From a virus: a stretch of DNA of 64,000 nucleotides. Made by a program: the position numbers and the translations under genes. The notes beneath the pieces are model-generated. The model was not told where the DNA came from, ran no database searches, and was given only the letters and a program-made list of their open reading frames with translations. Of the stretch, positions 8,940 to 17,624 are shown in pieces. The stretch is taken from the IMG/VR virus record IMGVR_UViG_3300042558_000825, positions 1-64,000 of that record. One strand, given 5' to 3'. Each line of letters begins with the position of its first letter. Position 1 is the stretch's first letter.

Positions 8940-9611
8940 TTATTTTGTTCTTTTTATTTTCTTTTTAGCAACAGGTGTTTCTAACTCTTTTGGTGCATCC
9001 ACTACTGTTGTAGTTGGTTGATTAGTTAATTCTAACATAATATCTTTCTGTTCCAACAATACAGTATTTTGCGGGACAAGACCTATTTGAATCAATGATT
9101 GTAATGTTTGTGGATTACTCATAGCATTCAATAATTTAGCTGGACTAGGTCTGCCCATAGCTATGATTTCAGATTGAATCTCACGACCAACTGTTACTGT
9201 GAATTCATAGTTAGCATTAGCTTCAAACATTTCATCATCGGTGTATGGTGTACCATCTGGATGTTTAAGTCTTGTTGGTTCTACTTCAGCATAGAGTTCA
9301 GCCATATATTTTTCTAATATTTTAATCTCTTTGCGATTAAGTTCAAAAGCGTGTTTTTGGTCATCTAAATGTGATTCCAACTCAATAATTTCTGCTTGTA
9401 AATTAAGCAGAATATGTGGTAGTGCTGGAACTGTTTTTAGATGTTTTAGTTCTTCAAGTTTAGCTTGATATTTGAGTTCAGCTACTTCTTCTAGCACAGC
9501 CGCTCGTTTGCGACCGACATAGAAGCCTTGAAGTGTTTTGATTTTTTCCCATGGGGTACTACCGATAACCTGGTAACGATAGTTAAATTCTGAATTTAGA
9601 TTTGAAGCCAT
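8940..9611 (-). CDS. Hypothetical coiled-coil protein within the adhesin cluster
   Basis: 223-aa helical ORF with late promoter and basic C-terminus. Confidence 0.8.
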   Translation of the reverse strand: MASNLNSEFNYRYQVIGSTPWEKIKTLQGFYVGRKRAAVLEEVAELKYQAKLEELKHLKTVPALPHILLNLQAEIIELESHLDDQKHAFELNRKEIKILEKYMAELYAEVEPTRLKHPDGTPYTDDEMFEANANYEFTVTVGREIQSEIIAMGRPSPAKLLNAMSNPQTLQSLIQIGLVPQNTVLLEQKDIMLELTNQPTTTVVDAPKELETPVAKKKIKRTK

Positions 9612-9673
9612 TTTTTTCTCTCTATAAGTTGTGTATAGAGATATTTAATGACTTATTTGCCTGTCTAAAAATT

Positions 9674-10828
9674 TTATAAATCGCCTGTGTTAGTTGAAGG
9701 GAATGCTCTTCCCGCACCCCAAATTATACGTACTGCTCCACCATTATCAACAGATGACCCGTCAGCGTTTGCACTAAGTCCGGCACCACCGCCATATGTT
9801 CCACCTCTAGGTAATCCATTTGAACCCGGAAATCCCGGGCCACCCATTGGCCAAGGTTCTATACCTGCACTAGTGTTTGTGCCATATCCATAACCACCTG
9901 CACCACTAGCTCCTTGACCTAGTAAACCTACACCACCACCGTTGCCAGCATAGCTAAATTGTCCTCCGGAAGCTCCGCCTCCGCCGCTTCCACCGGTACC
10001 TGCACTACCAGTGCCGCCCCTAGCAAGATATGAGGGGGCACCGGTGCCTCCTGTTCCAGAATAACCACCTGCACCGCCGTGGCCGCCATATATTAATGTA
10101 GGAGGGCTAGCTCTGTATATTCCACCCTCTCCACCTTCGCCACCACCATCTCCATTAAACCAGCCACCTCGGCCGCCTTGTACAAAATCGGCACTAGTAG
10201 TAGGTATACCATTGCCGCCATCGCCCCATAAGGTGCTTGTACTAATAAAATAACTTTGTCCACCTTTAGTAGGGTTGAATATGTTCCTACCCGCACCAAC
10301 TACAACAGTATATGATTGTCCGGGAACTACAGTAATATTATTTTTCCATCCTAATCCGCCTCCACCCGCGCTGCCTGTGCCTCCACCCCCGGCACCAACA
10401 ACAACAGCACACACTGATGTTATACCGCCGGGTGCTACCCATGAATATGTTCCGGCAGTTGTAAATGCCACCTGACCCGTTGGAGGAGCATTGGTTGTAA
10501 TTGAATTACTTGCGGCACTTGCACTACCTGTTCCTATATTATTTGTAGCAGTAACTGTAAATGTATAACTAGTACTTGCCGTTAAGCCGGACACTGTAAT
10601 AGTGCCTGAACCCGCTTGAGTTAATGTACCAGTAATATTACCTGGACTACTTGTTGCTGTATAACTTGTAATTGTTGCACCTCCATTATTAAGTGGGGCA
10701 GTAAATGCTACTGTTGCTGATGTTGCACCTGTAGCAGTTGCTGTACTAATAGTCGGTGCTCCTGGTACTGTTGGTGGAGGTGTTATACTTACACCTGCTC
10801 CTAATGTTATGCCTGGTCCAATATCCAT
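9674..10828 (-). CDS. FN3 + glycine-rich domain virion/tail-fibre-like protein
   Basis: N-terminal MDIGPGITLGAGVSI; FN3; FTTAGTYSWVAPGGITSVCAVVVGAGGGG...GGAVRIIWG Gly-rich module. Confidence 0.8.
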   Translation of the reverse strand: MDIGPGITLGAGVSITPPPTVPGAPTISTATATGATSATVAFTAPLNNGGATITSYTATSSPGNITGTLTQAGSGTITVSGLTASTSYTFTVTATNNIGTGSASAASNSITTNAPPTGQVAFTTAGTYSWVAPGGITSVCAVVVGAGGGGTGSAGGGGLGWKNNITVVPGQSYTVVVGAGRNIFNPTKGGQSYFISTSTLWGDGGNGIPTTSADFVQGGRGGWFNGDGGGEGGEGGIYRASPPTLIYGGHGGAGGYSGTGGTGAPSYLARGGTGSAGTGGSGGGGASGGQFSYAGNGGGVGLLGQGASGAGGYGYGTNTSAGIEPWPMGGPGFPGSNGLPRGGTYGGGAGLSANADGSSVDNGGAVRIIWGAGRAFPSTNTGDL

Positions 10829-10864
10829 GTTAAATATCCTTCTTTATTGTATTTATCAAACAAC

Positions 10865-10890
10865 AAAAAAGGCTCAAATTGAGCCTTTTT
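10865..10890 (-). terminator. Intrinsic terminator (GGCTC/GAGCC family)
   Basis: AAAAAAGGCTC-AAATT-GAGCCTTTTT. Confidence 0.9.
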
Positions 10891-10908
10891 ATACAATCTC
10901 AATGGAGA

Positions 10909-11790
10909 TTAGAAGCGATGTGTTACACCAACCCCAACTTGTTTTACGTCATTTGCTGTACCAGTAGCATCAACATTACGATAGTTGACACCTAATGCAG
11001 TACGCTTACTGAAGTTATAATCAGCACCCATTGCATAAGCTTTAACATTAGTATTTGTTTTACCATAGCTAGCTTTAGCAGTTACTGGACCAAATGCTTG
11101 ACTTGCACCAAACAAATCACCTGTACGTGCTACAGCACCTTTGTCATCACTATGTGAGTAAAATACTTGTGTATTGCCTAATTTTGCGCTACCAGCATAT
11201 ACTGTGCTTTTCTCAATACCTTGAGTATATTGTGCAACTGTTGCGTTAATGCCAAACAATTTTGCACTTGCACTATAGCTACTTGCTTCTGTGCCTACAC
11301 CATTTTGTGTGCGGTCATATGTTGCAGTTACACCTTTGACTGGTGTCAACCCAAAGAATGTACCATTGCTCATTCTTAAACCACGCAAGTTATGTACATC
11401 ACCTGCAACACTACCATACAATGTGCCAAAAGCGTCATTGTTAGTAATTGCTAAGAAGTGACTGTGTAGATTGCGACCTAAATCAATGCTACCAAGCTTG
11501 TTTGCCAAACCAATTGTTGATTGACGATCACCAAGTTTAGTATCTGCACCAGTGATAGGATCATTGGCTTTTAAACTTGTATCTAGTACTATACGAGCCT
11601 TCATACCACCAATGTTTTCATTTACTGAAATAGTGATGTTGCTTGTTGGATCAGTAGCTAGAGTTGTTTTGCTAGTAGCACCAGTCTTAGTATTGTCAAC
11701 AAATTCGCTGATTTTACCATTTAGATTAATTTGTGCTGTTGCAACTAGTGTTGTTGCGGCCAATAATGTCGCTATTGCGATTTTCTTCAT
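10909..11790 (-). CDS. Gram-negative outer-membrane porin (betaproteobacterial type)
   Basis: Signal peptide MKKIAIATLLAATTLVATA; amphipathic beta-strands; R-Q-S-x-I-G-L...G-S-I-D-L-G-R; YNFSKRT; C-terminal GVTHRF with terminal Phe (BAM signal). Confidence 0.88.
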   Translation of the reverse strand: MKKIAIATLLAATTLVATAQINLNGKISEFVDNTKTGATSKTTLATDPTSNITISVNENIGGMKARIVLDTSLKANDPITGADTKLGDRQSTIGLANKLGSIDLGRNLHSHFLAITNNDAFGTLYGSVAGDVHNLRGLRMSNGTFFGLTPVKGVTATYDRTQNGVGTEASSYSASAKLFGINATVAQYTQGIEKSTVYAGSAKLGNTQVFYSHSDDKGAVARTGDLFGASQAFGPVTAKASYGKTNTNVKAYAMGADYNFSKRTALGVNYRNVDATGTANDVKQVGVGVTHRF

Positions 11791-11810
11791 AAGATTTTCC
11801 TTTAAAAATA

Positions 11811-11828
11811 AGCCTGATTCCTCAGGCT
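11811..11828 (-). promoter_or_regulatory. 5'-terminal mRNA stem-loop of porin transcript
   Basis: AGCCTGA-GGAA-TCAGGCT directly downstream of TATAAATA (11836-11843). Confidence 0.55.
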
Positions 11829-11915
11829 AGACTAATATTTATAGTGATTTTTGTTACCCATATAAAATAGTTGTTTACGTAATAACATACGCTTTAACAC
11901 AAAAATAGGCTTAAC

Positions 11916-12329
11916 TTACTCTATTTCAATCCATGAAATTGTATCTTCATCCCATTTGTAAATTTTATCATCCGATGGGTAGGAACCAATCGGTGATTTA
12001 AATGAGCAAGTTATTTCATCAAATATCCAAGATGGATACCCATGTTCTGCCCAATCTTGTTTAATTGCATCTTGCTTTGCTAGTTTTTCTTCATCAGTCA
12101 TTGAACGAACAGTGTGAACATCGGTACAAACTCCATCAATTATTTCATAATGACCACCTACATATATTTCATATACGCCCAAAACACTAGGTTCTGGTTT
12201 ACGCACAAATTCAATAAACTCTTCCGGGAGGTTATTAATATCAATATGAGGGAAAATTTGTATAAAATTTTCTTCAAGTATAGGATGCTCAACTGGTTCC
12301 CCGTTTTGTAATCTAATAAATAATTTCAT
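11916..12329 (-). CDS. Tail-fibre assembly/chaperone-like small protein
   Basis: C-terminal YPSWIFDE...P...P.D...Y.WDE....W pattern typical of proteins beside Gly-rich fibre genes. Confidence 0.6.
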   Translation of the reverse strand: MKLFIRLQNGEPVEHPILEENFIQIFPHIDINNLPEEFIEFVRKPEPSVLGVYEIYVGGHYEIIDGVCTDVHTVRSMTDEEKLAKQDAIKQDWAEHGYPSWIFDEITCSFKSPIGSYPSDDKIYKWDEDTISWIEIE

Positions 12330-12381
12330 TTTATAAATCCTGTTAGTAATTATTATATTTATCTCAAAAAAATAAAGGATT

Positions 12382-12404
12382 AAAAAGGCTCAAAGAGCCT
12401 TTTT
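12382..12404 (-). terminator. Intrinsic terminator (GGCTC/GAGCC family)
   Basis: AAAAAGGCTC-AAA-GAGCCTTTTT. Confidence 0.9.
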
Positions 12405-12421
12405 ATAGTAGTTTATATTGA

Positions 12422-13321
12422 TTACGCTACGAAAGGAGTATACTCAATACCAGTTGTTGCTAAACCAACTAAACCAATAGTTGTTTCAAACGCTGATAAT
12501 TCGCTAGCAATAACTAACACATCAGCTTGACTATACTTATTAGCAGTCATCCAGTTTGTCAATGCTGTTACATCCGCGATTGTAGCTGTAGTACCCATAA
12601 CATTTTTGTAAACATGCTTAATGAATGTCTCATCACTAATACCACCGGCATCAGTTTTGTATGTGTCAGTAGCTAATAGTGCTGTAGCCAATTCTTTGTT
12701 TGTCCAACCTGCATCAGCAAGATAGATACCAATACCTTTGTATGCATTAGTAACATCACTAGTACCTAATGCGGCTGCTAGTAATGCGTATACATCACCT
12801 GCACGTCCTGCGGCATCATAAGCAATAGCTTTGTCTGTAAAGACTACACGTTCATGATCAGCAAGATTAAATTCCATGTTACTAACTAGTGTGCTAGCTA
12901 GTGTTACTTTACTAGCAGTTTTAGTTGTAGTGAACTCTGTACTTGCACCGCCTGCTGTGTAAGTGTCAATACCAGTTGTGCCAGTAACGTCAACTGTAAC
13001 ATCAACTGTACCGTCACCGATACGACCTGTACCTACTACACCAAATGTAGCAATCTTACCTGCTGTACCAACTGTAGCTACTGTAACGATTAAGTTATTA
13101 GCAACTGTGCCGCCTAATGCCGTACCAGCTAGTGTGATTGTGTCACCTGCTAGATAACCACGGCCTGCGCTAGCGGCTAGACTGTCTAACACAACGGAAT
13201 AAACTCCGTTAGTTTTTGTAACATCAAATGCGGCTTCAACGCCTGCACCGCCTGTTAAGCCAGTGATGTTTTGATAGGTAGCGTTTACCGGTTTATCTTT
13301 GATTGTAATTGTTGTTGTCAT
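12422..13321 (-). CDS. Chimeric protein: virion beta-module + DUF4214-like (surface-layer-associated) domain
   Basis: ERVVFTDKAIAYD...AGDVYALLAAALG...SDETFIKHVYKNVMG...GLVGLATTGIEY resembles DUF4214 C-termini; the N-terminus resembles a module inside the 6118-aa protein. Confidence 0.7.
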   Translation of the reverse strand: MTTTITIKDKPVNATYQNITGLTGGAGVEAAFDVTKTNGVYSVVLDSLAASAGRGYLAGDTITLAGTALGGTVANNLIVTVATVGTAGKIATFGVVGTGRIGDGTVDVTVDVTGTTGIDTYTAGGASTEFTTTKTASKVTLASTLVSNMEFNLADHERVVFTDKAIAYDAAGRAGDVYALLAAALGTSDVTNAYKGIGIYLADAGWTNKELATALLATDTYKTDAGGISDETFIKHVYKNVMGTTATIADVTALTNWMTANKYSQADVLVIASELSAFETTIGLVGLATTGIEYTPFVA

Positions 13322-13355
13322 AAATTTCCTTTTATATATAAAAAATAACTCAATA

Positions 13356-13385
13356 AGTATATAGCGTTTCTACTAGTAATGTCAA
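13356..13385 (-). promoter_or_regulatory. Sigma70-type promoter
   Basis: TTGACA-18 bp-TATACT upstream of 12422..13321. Confidence 0.7.
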
Positions 13386-13415
13386 GGTTAATCCTGGCTA
13401 AACGTGTGATCCGGA

Positions 13416-14099
13416 TCACATGTTGGTGTGAAAAATAGCTTTTTTTACCAAACTATCTATGCTATTGACTAAGGGAATACCGTTTTGTTCTGATTCTCTA
13501 ACAGCTAAGGGTAATTCTGTGCAACCCAATACTACAGCACTTGCACCACGACTAATCAAACTATCTACTACAGAAATTAACATGGTATGTGATACAACCA
13601 TATCCCCTGCTTTAATTAAATCTATAGCAGGTTGTACTATGTTATCCATTTCTTCTTGACTAGGAACAATACAATCCCAATCAGTTAAACGGTTTTGATA
13701 TAAGCCTAATTCAATTGTAGCTTGTGTTCCCATTATACCTATTGTGCCTGTAACATTTATATCACGTAATGAATCAGCTACGCTATCTACAATATGTAGA
13801 ATAGGAATTTTAAATTTAACTAATTCATCATACCAGTAATGTGCTGTGTTGCAAGGTATGACAATTGAAGTACATCCAACTGCTTTCAATACTTGCATAC
13901 CTTGTAGTAAGTATGGTAGTGGTCTATCATCACCATTACGTATACTTGTACTACGATCTGGTACACGTGGTTCATTCCATAGTACGAACGGAATATGTTC
14001 TTGGTCACAACTTGCAGGTGTTTGTTGTATAAGTCTAGTTACGAACTCTGCACTTGCGGCTGGACCCATTCCACCTAGTATACCTAATCGTTTGGTCAT
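13416..14099 (-). CDS. Aspartate/glutamate racemase family protein
   Basis: LGILGGMGPAAS, DQEH, PDRS, and catalytic Cys motifs PCNTAH and LGCTELP. Confidence 0.93.
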   Translation of the reverse strand: MTKRLGILGGMGPAASAEFVTRLIQQTPASCDQEHIPFVLWNEPRVPDRSTSIRNGDDRPLPYLLQGMQVLKAVGCTSIVIPCNTAHYWYDELVKFKIPILHIVDSVADSLRDINVTGTIGIMGTQATIELGLYQNRLTDWDCIVPSQEEMDNIVQPAIDLIKAGDMVVSHTMLISVVDSLISRGASAVVLGCTELPLAVRESEQNGIPLVNSIDSLVKKAIFHTNM

Positions 14100-14158
14100 A
14101 TTATAACCAATATGATGATTATGAAAATACCAATAGCTATTACGCTAGGAAGTCTCAT
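14096..14158 (-). CDS. 20-aa hydrophobic membrane peptide, not in ORF track
   Basis: MRLPSVIAIGIFIIIILVII; ATGA overlaps at both ends couple it to the holin-like gene and the racemase. Confidence 0.6.
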   Translation of the reverse strand: MRLPSVIAIGIFIIIILVII

Positions 14159-14757
14159 TTTTTGAATAATAATGCCGAAGCAATAACTAATGCTGTTTGT
14201 GCGGCTTCTACATCAGCTGGTTGCTCTTTCCAACCTACACTAATTTGACCAATGAATACGCCGGGTTCAGCAGGTACACTGATTCTACACATATAGTTAA
14301 CACCATTCTCCCTGTACGCAAATCCAATTAAGCTTTGTGGCTTAAGATAAGGACTACATGGTATCTTACCAGACATTAAACCAATCACATCATTGTTGTT
14401 ATCGTAGTTTTTAGAAAATAATCCAACATCTAATCCATCATGTTGTTTAATTCTTCCACCATTGCGTGTAGCTAAGAACACGATTTTTCTAGTGTTTACT
14501 AGTGTATTAACTTCCATTATGGATACAAGTTCTACTTCTGTATTTTTTAATAAGAAGTTGTATGCGTCATCATACTTGCCGTTCATCTTTGGTAATGCTT
14601 GTTGAGCTTTATACGTTGCCAAGAATGAATCTTTTTCTGTATAAACGATCCAACCAGCAAATCCTAGTATACAGAGAAAGACAACGGTGAATAGACGAAA
14701 TGGACTTTCGCCTATATAAGTTAATAAACTAAAGAGAAAATCTTTAAGTTTGTCCAT
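14155..14757 (-). CDS. Putative T4 T-type holin (single TM + periplasmic GAF-like domain)
   Basis: 200 aa with N-terminal amphipathic helix and one TM. By-eye match to T4 T as recalled: VYTEKDSFLATYK ~ WYRGDSFFEYYK; VNYMCRISV...FIGQISVGW ~ INYMYSCPY...YAGTITMYW; C-terminal helix. Confidence 0.55.
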   Translation of the reverse strand: MDKLKDFLFSLLTYIGESPFRLFTVVFLCILGFAGWIVYTEKDSFLATYKAQQALPKMNGKYDDAYNFLLKNTEVELVSIMEVNTLVNTRKIVFLATRNGGRIKQHDGLDVGLFSKNYDNNNDVIGLMSGKIPCSPYLKPQSLIGFAYRENGVNYMCRISVPAEPGVFIGQISVGWKEQPADVEAAQTALVIASALLFKK

Positions 14758-16021
14758 CCGGTGCTACCTCTTTGTCACAGACAAATGCTGTTACTGCTAC
14801 GTTACCGTGTACATGACTTGCTGTGCGAATCATATCCATTAATGGGTCAACTGCAATCAACAACACTAACACAGCTTCACTTGGAAGTTTTAACAAGTCA
14901 CAAACAACTGCTACTGTAGCAACTGTTAAGATACCTGTTGTGCCTGCACTTGCTAGTCCTGCTAAGATACTACCAAATAACACTACAGCTAATCCAGTTA
15001 AACCTAACGGTGCATCGTAGATGTTAGCAATGAATACTGTAGCAATAGCATAGTAAACAATACTGCCAATACGATTAACAGTGAAACTTAGTGGAACAGT
15101 TAATTCAACTCCGCCTTTATCAAAGTGTAGTCTGTGTAATGATTCTTGTGCGTATGGTATACATGCTAATGAACTGCGTGAGCTAACAGCTACAATCAAT
15201 GTTTCTTTAGTTTCACGGATAACAGTCATTAAACTTAATCCACTACGCATCCAAATTACAACAGTACCTGCAATAACTACTAATAGTCCACCAATAAATT
15301 GTTGCATTACAAAGTCAAACATAGTTAAGAATATACCTACACCCACTTTACCAACTTGTGCTGATATCATTGCTAACAATGCAATTGGTAAAAAGTAATT
15401 TAAGAACTTAAAGATGCTGATACTTGCTTGTTGAATGCTTTTAAGCACTTCTACAAGCATCTTTTGACCTTCTGTTTTAAGATGTCCAAGCGCAACACCA
15501 AATATTAAACAGAAGATAACAATCTTCAAGCTTTCACCATTGTTTAGTGTGTTGAAGATGTTTTCTGGAATAAACTTCTCTGCCATTTTACCTGCATTTA
15601 CTGAGGGTTCTACTGGCATTGGTTCTTTAAGAGTAATGTTTAAGTCTGTCCCACTGTCTTTGTCGTTTACTAGTACACCAAGTTGTGTTTTCTTCTCAGG
15701 TGTCATTTCTGTGCCAGTTATTAGAACAGTACCTACGCCAATAGTTGCGGCTAAGAACATACTACCAACAAAGCCTACAATGATTTTGCGAATCAATTGT
15801 TGACTACCTTCTTTCTGTAGTAAGCCAATGATACCAACTAAGATAGTTGCTAATAAGAATGGTAATACTACAACTTTAAGTAAGCTGATGTAGATGCCTC
15901 CTAAGCTTTCAAAGTTTAAGCTGAACTCAGGAGCATATACTCCACTAAGTATACCAACAATGATAGAACCAAGTATGGTCCACGGGCTTGTTAAAAACGT
16001 TTTTAAATGTGTGGTTGTCAT
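14744..16021 (-). CDS. Dicarboxylate/amino acid:cation symporter (DAACS/SDF family)
   Basis: Multi-TM; IPENIF, VSSRSSLAC serine motif (HP1), PLSFTVNRIG, D-M-I-R-T...V-H-G-N (TM8). Confidence 0.92.
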   Translation of the reverse strand: MTTTHLKTFLTSPWTILGSIIVGILSGVYAPEFSLNFESLGGIYISLLKVVVLPFLLATILVGIIGLLQKEGSQQLIRKIIVGFVGSMFLAATIGVGTVLITGTEMTPEKKTQLGVLVNDKDSGTDLNITLKEPMPVEPSVNAGKMAEKFIPENIFNTLNNGESLKIVIFCLIFGVALGHLKTEGQKMLVEVLKSIQQASISIFKFLNYFLPIALLAMISAQVGKVGVGIFLTMFDFVMQQFIGGLLVVIAGTVVIWMRSGLSLMTVIRETKETLIVAVSSRSSLACIPYAQESLHRLHFDKGGVELTVPLSFTVNRIGSIVYYAIATVFIANIYDAPLGLTGLAVVLFGSILAGLASAGTTGILTVATVAVVCDLLKLPSEAVLVLLIAVDPLMDMIRTASHVHGNVAVTAFVCDKEVAPDGQT

Positions 16022-16030
16022 AGCAGGTCC

Positions 16031-16849
16031 TTATTTCTTTTCTGCTTTATATCTATCCATTAACTTTTTAGTGTCAATGTTACTGTATTCATTTTTGATA
16101 ACATAATCTACAATACTTAGTAACTGTGTAGATTTGTAATTTACTGCTACTGCAATGTTATCTACACTATCACTGATTGTAATTGACTTTGTAGTAATGG
16201 CTGCATCTGGCTTTTCAAAAGCAATTTTCTTAATTTCAAACTCATCTCTATAAGCGGCTGCAATATCACCACGTGTTACTTTATCAATGATTACTTCCCA
16301 TTTATCTTCTGGGAGAAACGTAGCTTTGGGGAAATTAGTACGTGCAAACGTGTCATAGCTTGAGTTACGAATAAAACTTATCTTACCATTAAAATCTCTA
16401 ATGACTTGATATACTTCACGTCCTTGGCTGTTTTGACTTAGCCATAAACGATTGAGAACCAGTGACTGTCTTAGTTTAACATATGGTGTGCTAAATTTAA
16501 CTACTTGTAGTCTAGGGGCTGTAACAGATAATTTACTTACAGCAACATCTGCTCTACCGTCTCGTACTTGTTCAACAACTTCAGCAAAACTTTCAGCATC
16601 TCGTCTAAACTGTACCGGGACTCCAAGCATTACGCCTATTCTTCGTGCAATTTCAACGTCAAGACCTTTGATATCATCCCCTTCACCACTGAAGAAGGGA
16701 GGGTTATCTTTTTTGGTCATTGCCACAATAAGAACGTTTGCTTTCTTAATTGCGGCAATATCAGGGGGTAGTGGTACCGTAGAAGTTGGTAATTGTGCGT
16801 GGACAACTGAACTAATCAGTACGAATAATAATAGTAGTAGTTTTTTCAT
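16031..16849 (-). CDS. Periplasmic amino-acid substrate-binding protein (family 3)
   Basis: Signal peptide; DNPPF, GLDVEIARRIG, GRADVAVS, R...V.FSTPY. Confidence 0.9.
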   Translation of the reverse strand: MKKLLLLLFVLISSVVHAQLPTSTVPLPPDIAAIKKANVLIVAMTKKDNPPFFSGEGDDIKGLDVEIARRIGVMLGVPVQFRRDAESFAEVVEQVRDGRADVAVSKLSVTAPRLQVVKFSTPYVKLRQSLVLNRLWLSQNSQGREVYQVIRDFNGKISFIRNSSYDTFARTNFPKATFLPEDKWEVIIDKVTRGDIAAAYRDEFEIKKIAFEKPDAAITTKSITISDSVDNIAVAVNYKSTQLLSIVDYVIKNEYSNIDTKKLMDRYKAEKK

Positions 16850-16891
16850 AGTACTGTATTTATACTAGGAAAACCCTAACTTACCATAAAA

Positions 16892-17512
16892 TTACTTATT
16901 TGCCAATGGATTATCCATAGCTTTTTGTATTTTGCTATCAACTTCTCTCTTTAATGTCTCTACTTCACGGTTTATTTCTCTACGAGCGGCAGTAAATTCA
17001 CTATTAATTTCTTTACGGGTTGATTCCATATCTTTACGAATTGCAGCCGCTTCGGTTCTGGCCCTTTCTAGGTCTTCTCGCACAGCCTTACGCATATCAC
17101 GCATTTCTAACTCGGTTTCACGTTGGGCTGTCTTAACACTACGTTCCACTTGTTCAGTCACAGATTCATTACGGCGGATATCATTCTTCAAATCAGTTTT
17201 GATATCACGTGTATAATCAGCACCTTTTTGACTATTCTCCTCAATGACCGCTAAACGTTTATCAAATCCAGATAAGTCTGGTGCACTATATTCAGCAATT
17301 TTTTTCTTCATACCCACGTAGTCTTTATAGACTTCAAAGGTTCCGTAAAGCCCACCTAATATAGATGATACAATTGTGGCTGCAACCATTAGTTTAGCTG
17401 GGGTAAATTCATATCCACCAATACTAATAACTGTATCTTTGCTAGCATACTTTTTAGCGGCTGCCTCAAGTTCATCAACCTTAGCATTTACGTTTTTAAT
17501 TTCTTCTGTCAT
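16892..17512 (-). CDS. Membrane-anchored coiled-coil protein
   Basis: One TM (LMVAATIVSSILGGLYGTF) followed by a long heptad region ending KIQKAMDNPLANK. Confidence 0.8.
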   Translation of the reverse strand: MTEEIKNVNAKVDELEAAAKKYASKDTVISIGGYEFTPAKLMVAATIVSSILGGLYGTFEVYKDYVGMKKKIAEYSAPDLSGFDKRLAVIEENSQKGADYTRDIKTDLKNDIRRNESVTEQVERSVKTAQRETELEMRDMRKAVREDLERARTEAAAIRKDMESTRKEINSEFTAARREINREVETLKREVDSKIQKAMDNPLANK

Positions 17513-17533
17513 TGTTTTCTCCTAATTTATTTG

Positions 17534-17623
17534 TTATCTTAATATTAGATATTGCACTATTACAATGAATGCTATAACTATTACCACACCACATACTATA
17601 TCATAAATGAGTTGTCCATTCAT
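17534..17623 (-). CDS. 29-aa single-pass membrane peptide, not in ORF track
   Basis: MNGQLIYDIVCGVVIVIAFIVIVQYLILR; starts 1 nt after the upstream stop, AGGA upstream. Confidence 0.5.
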   Translation of the reverse strand: MNGQLIYDIVCGVVIVIAFIVIVQYLILR

Positions 17624-17624
17624 A

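Noticed and set aside
14054-14248. 64-aa plus-strand ORF spanning the holin-racemase gap
   Set aside because: Gap is filled exactly by the doubly ATGA-coupled 20-aa minus-strand ORF
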